A DNA stretch of 64,000 nt from Epithemia pelagica (Eukaryota; Protista; Bacillariophyta): assembly GCA_946965045.2 (NCBI GenBank), contig OX337236.1, forward strand, positions 3,286,001 to 3,350,000, written 5' to 3'. Positions 59,806-64,000 of the stretch are shown in pieces. Below the pieces are notes generated by a model. That model had not been told where the DNA came from. It was given only the letters and a program-made list of their open reading frames with translations, and ran no database searches. A program made the translations under genes and the position numbers. Every line of letters begins with the position of its first letter. The stretch's first letter is position 1.

Positions 59806-61327
59806 GCTTGTAAACGCGCAAGGTTCGATACTCACCGTGGTGATGAAGGGACGGATGAAAACCTAGACGTTTTGTTATAAGTCATTGACTTGTTTTCTAT
59901 GTTCGATTGCAATCCTAGAACCTAGTTAGTGTTTACTCAAAAGTAGAAAGAACATGTTGCAAGATAGAATGTGCTTGTTTGTGGTCAAAGGCAAGGAAGG
60001 AACGATCCGACTTGCGCGTGTCTACGAGTGGTACTACGCCTTGGCCATGACCTTGTGGTGGTATCATGGCACTTCTTTACACGGCACAACGTCATCGATT
60101 GGTAACTGTGGTAGCTAGGGCAAGAACCGACTGTGCTATATTCCAAAAAAGTTCTCAAATTGGCTTTGTTCTAGAGTTTGATGAATCCGACAAAAGGACG
60201 AAACAGGTGGATCCAAAAGTCCGATGATGAGAGGATCAGGAGCAGAAGCACGACAAGGTAAAACTTTGTTGGACCGGATGAGGTCCGCTTCTGATAGTTC
60301 GAGTTTTGGATGGAAGTAAGGAGGGAGGACCGTGTCATGTCCAATCCCGACACGATAACCAAGAACAGTGTCCCTTTCGGAGGAGTCACCATGCGACCGA
60401 ATGTGTTCGATTCTTCACCATCAAGTTTCCTGCTTCCATGGTGGATCGGCGGAACCCTACGTCCAGAGACGTATACCGCAACTCTTTTTGCAAGACCCTC
60501 TTGGCTACGATCGAACAGCCCACGTTGTCTCCTGCGAATGGAATTTCGTCTCGTCAGGAGGACAGTTGCAACAAGGACAGTGAAGTCCCTCCAGAACAAG
60601 TCCAAGAGGAACCCACCAAATCGGATCGGTCGTGCCAGTTGTCACAATGGACCAGCACGACAACAAGGAATCCAGCCTTGTCGTTGACACACCACAACCT
60701 CCCGAACTACCAACGCAGCGACAAAGAAGAAGGCCTTCATTGTTCTTCCTCCAAATGAACGAAACTCATGGTATCATTGTCGTGGAACCAACTGTATTGA
60801 ATTCCGTCTTGGAAGTTGGACTTTGTGGGCACTTTCGTGCCTTTGACGACGACGAGTCAGGAAACATCCACCACCACTATTTCCTGTCGCAACATTGCTC
60901 GTTGAATTGCTCATGCCTGGAAACAAGCTCCTCCTCATCGCGATGTCGTGCCCCTCGATGACAGTTCCGCCGAAACCTTGTTGCACGATAACGACACTGT
61001 CGCACAAGAGTACTCTACCTCCACTTTGTGCCTCGCACTGACCTATTCATCATACAAAAGGACCTCTTCATCATCACAAATAATGCTGTCGCTCTCTCCC
61101 TCTCGTCGTCGACCAAAAGATACTTTTCTTGGGGCTTGTCATGAAATCTATGTGCGATTGATTGTCCTTCACCATCGTACGCAGGACAGGCACACCTTTT
61201 CTGTCTCCATAAAAAGCACACCGCGGTCTCCACGCAAAAAAAGCAAAGCTTCCACGCGTTGCTGTATTATTATTACAAAAATACCCTCTGTCATTTCTTG
61301 TCAACGTATTAGTAAAGCGCCGTGACC

Positions 61328-62502
61328 ATGACAACGACACTGAAAGAACAAGCATGGCAGTCGGGCCTTGTCCTGTTAGACGAGACACATGAATGGAATT
61401 TCGAGGACTGGCCTTCTCTTGAGGGAGAAGGGCGTTATCGTCATGCTTCGGTCGTACTGAATCATCCCGATAACAACCAAGAACAAACGGTCGTCGTGTT
61501 GGGCGGATATCAACCGGGGCTAGGCGAGCTCGATTCCATTCATGTATTAAACTTGGCAGAATCAAACAAGCAGTGGCGAGAAGGGCCGAAGAAACGTGGG
61601 CATCATGCCGCTGTTGTGTGCAATGGCGGCGTCTACGTGATGGGAGGATACTCTGAAGGTTCATGTTTGAATTGTATCGAACAAATTGATGCCAATTATT
61701 TGCTGCAATCATCTTTGACACTAGCATCACACACGAGATGAACTGGACGACATTGACATGTCGGTTATCAACGCCACGATGGGGATGTGGTGCTGTCGCG
61801 GTTCACAACCGATACATCGTTGTAATGGGTGGCTACAACGGTCGTTATTTGTCGTCGGTGGATATTATTGATACCAGGAACCACACTGTCTCTGTGGGAC
61901 CATCCATGAATGTTCCTCGATTTTGTTGTGCCAGTGCGGTCATTGGACACCGCATCTTTGTCGTTGGAGGTTGGAACGAGCATGGTCGTGTTGACAAGGT
62001 GGAGTATTTGTACTATGCAACACCCTGTGACAGTGATGTGACAAAAAAGGAGATAGGCTTGACATTCATTTCTTTCTCACCCACCTGGACCACTCATTTG
62101 GAGTTGAGGCTTTCCAATGCACGAAGATCTTGTGCAGTGGTTGCCGTGGGATCTTGTCTGGTTGTGGCGGGAGGAGCATGGGTCAATTCAACCGTGGAAG
62201 TTCTGGATACGCACCACAACCGCGTTTGGAATCTCCCACCAGTGAATTTACCCAGGGGCTGCAGTATGGTGACTGCTGCCAATCGAATTGCTGTGATTGG
62301 TGGAGGGCACAATCCTTCGTGTACGACATTACCACTAATGGATAGGAATTCGTGGTGTTTTCGTCGACTCTGTGAGCAGCAATCGAACGGATGGTATCAT
62401 TCTCTTGAAGGTATGGGTATCCGAGATGCTGATATCTCACCCTTCTCCACACCGACATTAGCTTGTAAACGAAAAAGGCCTAATACTCACCTCGGTGATT
62501 AA
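61328..62502 (+). pseudogene. Kelch paralog K8, frameshifted
   Basis: 1-bp deletion near 61721 splits the gene into ORFs ending at 61741 and 62502. Confidence 0.85.
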
Positions 62503-64000
62503 GGAGAGAATGAAACTTGAAATCTGCTACGTATTGCATGTACGTCCTGACATTGGCAGAACTAAAGCATTATCATTTCGTTCTCAAATCGTAGTTGTAT
62601 TGTTTTCTTCATGACATTGCGAACTATTATTGAGATATCATGTACTCCGTTGTAAAGTTACACCATAGTGGAGCCAGTCCTTTGGTAGATGTCGATGGGA
62701 CCATGCCTTTCCGCTGTTGAATAGGCCGAGTTATCATGCTGTGGAGGATTATGGTTGCGTGCCTGAAACACTTGGCGCAGCGACGGTCGACCATGCGTTA
62801 AACTGTGAGGTCCGGTCCTTCTATGGCCCATGCCTACTACGTGAGAGGACAGTACACCGTCTCTCGATGCTCGTGGTGGTTTTGGGTGACAGGACATTTG
62901 CGAATCCTTGGGAATTTTTGCCACCGAAGTGTTCGATAGTTCCTCCAATACAGCAACTATACTTTATCATGAGGTCGGCAAATTGATTGCGTCGATCCAG
63001 CAATCAGTCTCTCCGTAGTGGCTCGTTGACAGTCCATGGGTATCGGTCCATGAGGATCCACAAGAACAATCGCAGTGTGCAAGGTTATGTGTTGCCCCTC
63101 AATGCCAGTTCCACCGAAACCTTGTTGCACGATTGCAACACTGTCGAACAGCACTGTTGGACATGGACCACTACAACGTTTGTGCCTCGTACAGCACCAC
63201 CAAAACCACGACCCGCGCCGATCATGCCTTGGCTGTCGTCTAACAGCAGCGTTGGACCTCGATCACTACCACATTGGAGTCTCGTACCGAACTCAGAAGT
63301 ACCAACAACAAATGTGTTGGACCTCGATCACTACCACAGTTAAGCCTCGTAGCGAACTCTGCAGTACTAACCACAAAACCACGACCACGAACGGCGTCGA
63401 TCATGTCTTGTCTGTCGTCTAATAGAACTTGTTTTGTTGTTGTTGTTCTTCTTCTTCGTTGGATTCTGGTTGGCGTTGCTGCCTTGTCGTTCCACACCGA
63501 CACCCAGCTTGAATCTTCGTATGTATTAAACTTGAAGGGGCGATGCGACCCTTTCCCATGATCAGTTCTTCACTACTCCAATCGGACGCATCAGGAGGGA
63601 GTTAAATTGCGTTCCATACTTCAATCCATAGTACTGCGCTCCTCGTCACCGGCGTAACTACCTCCAATGGGGCGACTTTGTGATCGATTCAGCAGGTCCT
63701 CATGTTGTCATGTCGAGAAAGGGTCCTCGAAAATTGGCGACCAGACTGCCATGCGGTGCCACAACACAAAGAGATTTGCGTGGTCTTGTTGTTGATTCTC
63801 GTTCCATGAAAGACATGTGGATGAGGAAGCATACAATCGCCCTAGTGCTCTTCTTTTTGTTGTTCTGTTCTTTGCTGCACTAGACCTCCTGTTGCGAATC
63901 GAAAGCCAAGGTACGATTTCTAGCTTGTTGCGATGAAAGTTGTCATTGAGTATGTTCATCTGGTTAGAGTCTTCTTTAGAGTCTTTCTCCACGGGAGACA

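Overview
Eukaryotic genomic DNA, most likely a diatom (inference from short GT-AG introns, CoDi-type Copia element, a bipartite plastid-targeting-like N-terminus and Asn/Thr microsatellite tracts). The left part (1-22 kb) holds ordinary single-copy genes: a Bfr1-like coiled-coil protein, a FAM173-like SAM methyltransferase, a SOUL-like protein, a GT10 fucosyltransferase and a P-loop NTPase/nuclease pseudogene. It is interrupted by a 9.7-kb IS630/Tc1/mariner-type DNA transposon (1903-11626; TA target duplication; 34-bp TIRs). Besides its 1088-aa transposase, the element carries three cargo genes, one of which fuses a SET domain, a PPxY-rich region and a 2OG-Fe(II) dioxygenase-like domain; this is the strongest candidate for an undescribed system. 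The element sits in the TSD of a Tourist-like MITE. The right part (22-64 kb) is a tandem array of eight stand-alone six-blade Kelch genes (4 intact, 4 pseudogenes) with mosaic sequence and reassorted flanks. It is invaded by a young Copia LTR retrotransposon (27552-33858, candidate gag-pol stop-readthrough signal, non-canonical PBS) and a degenerate two-gene PIF/Harbinger-like element (35827-39052). All family assignments come from motifs read by eye; no searches were run.
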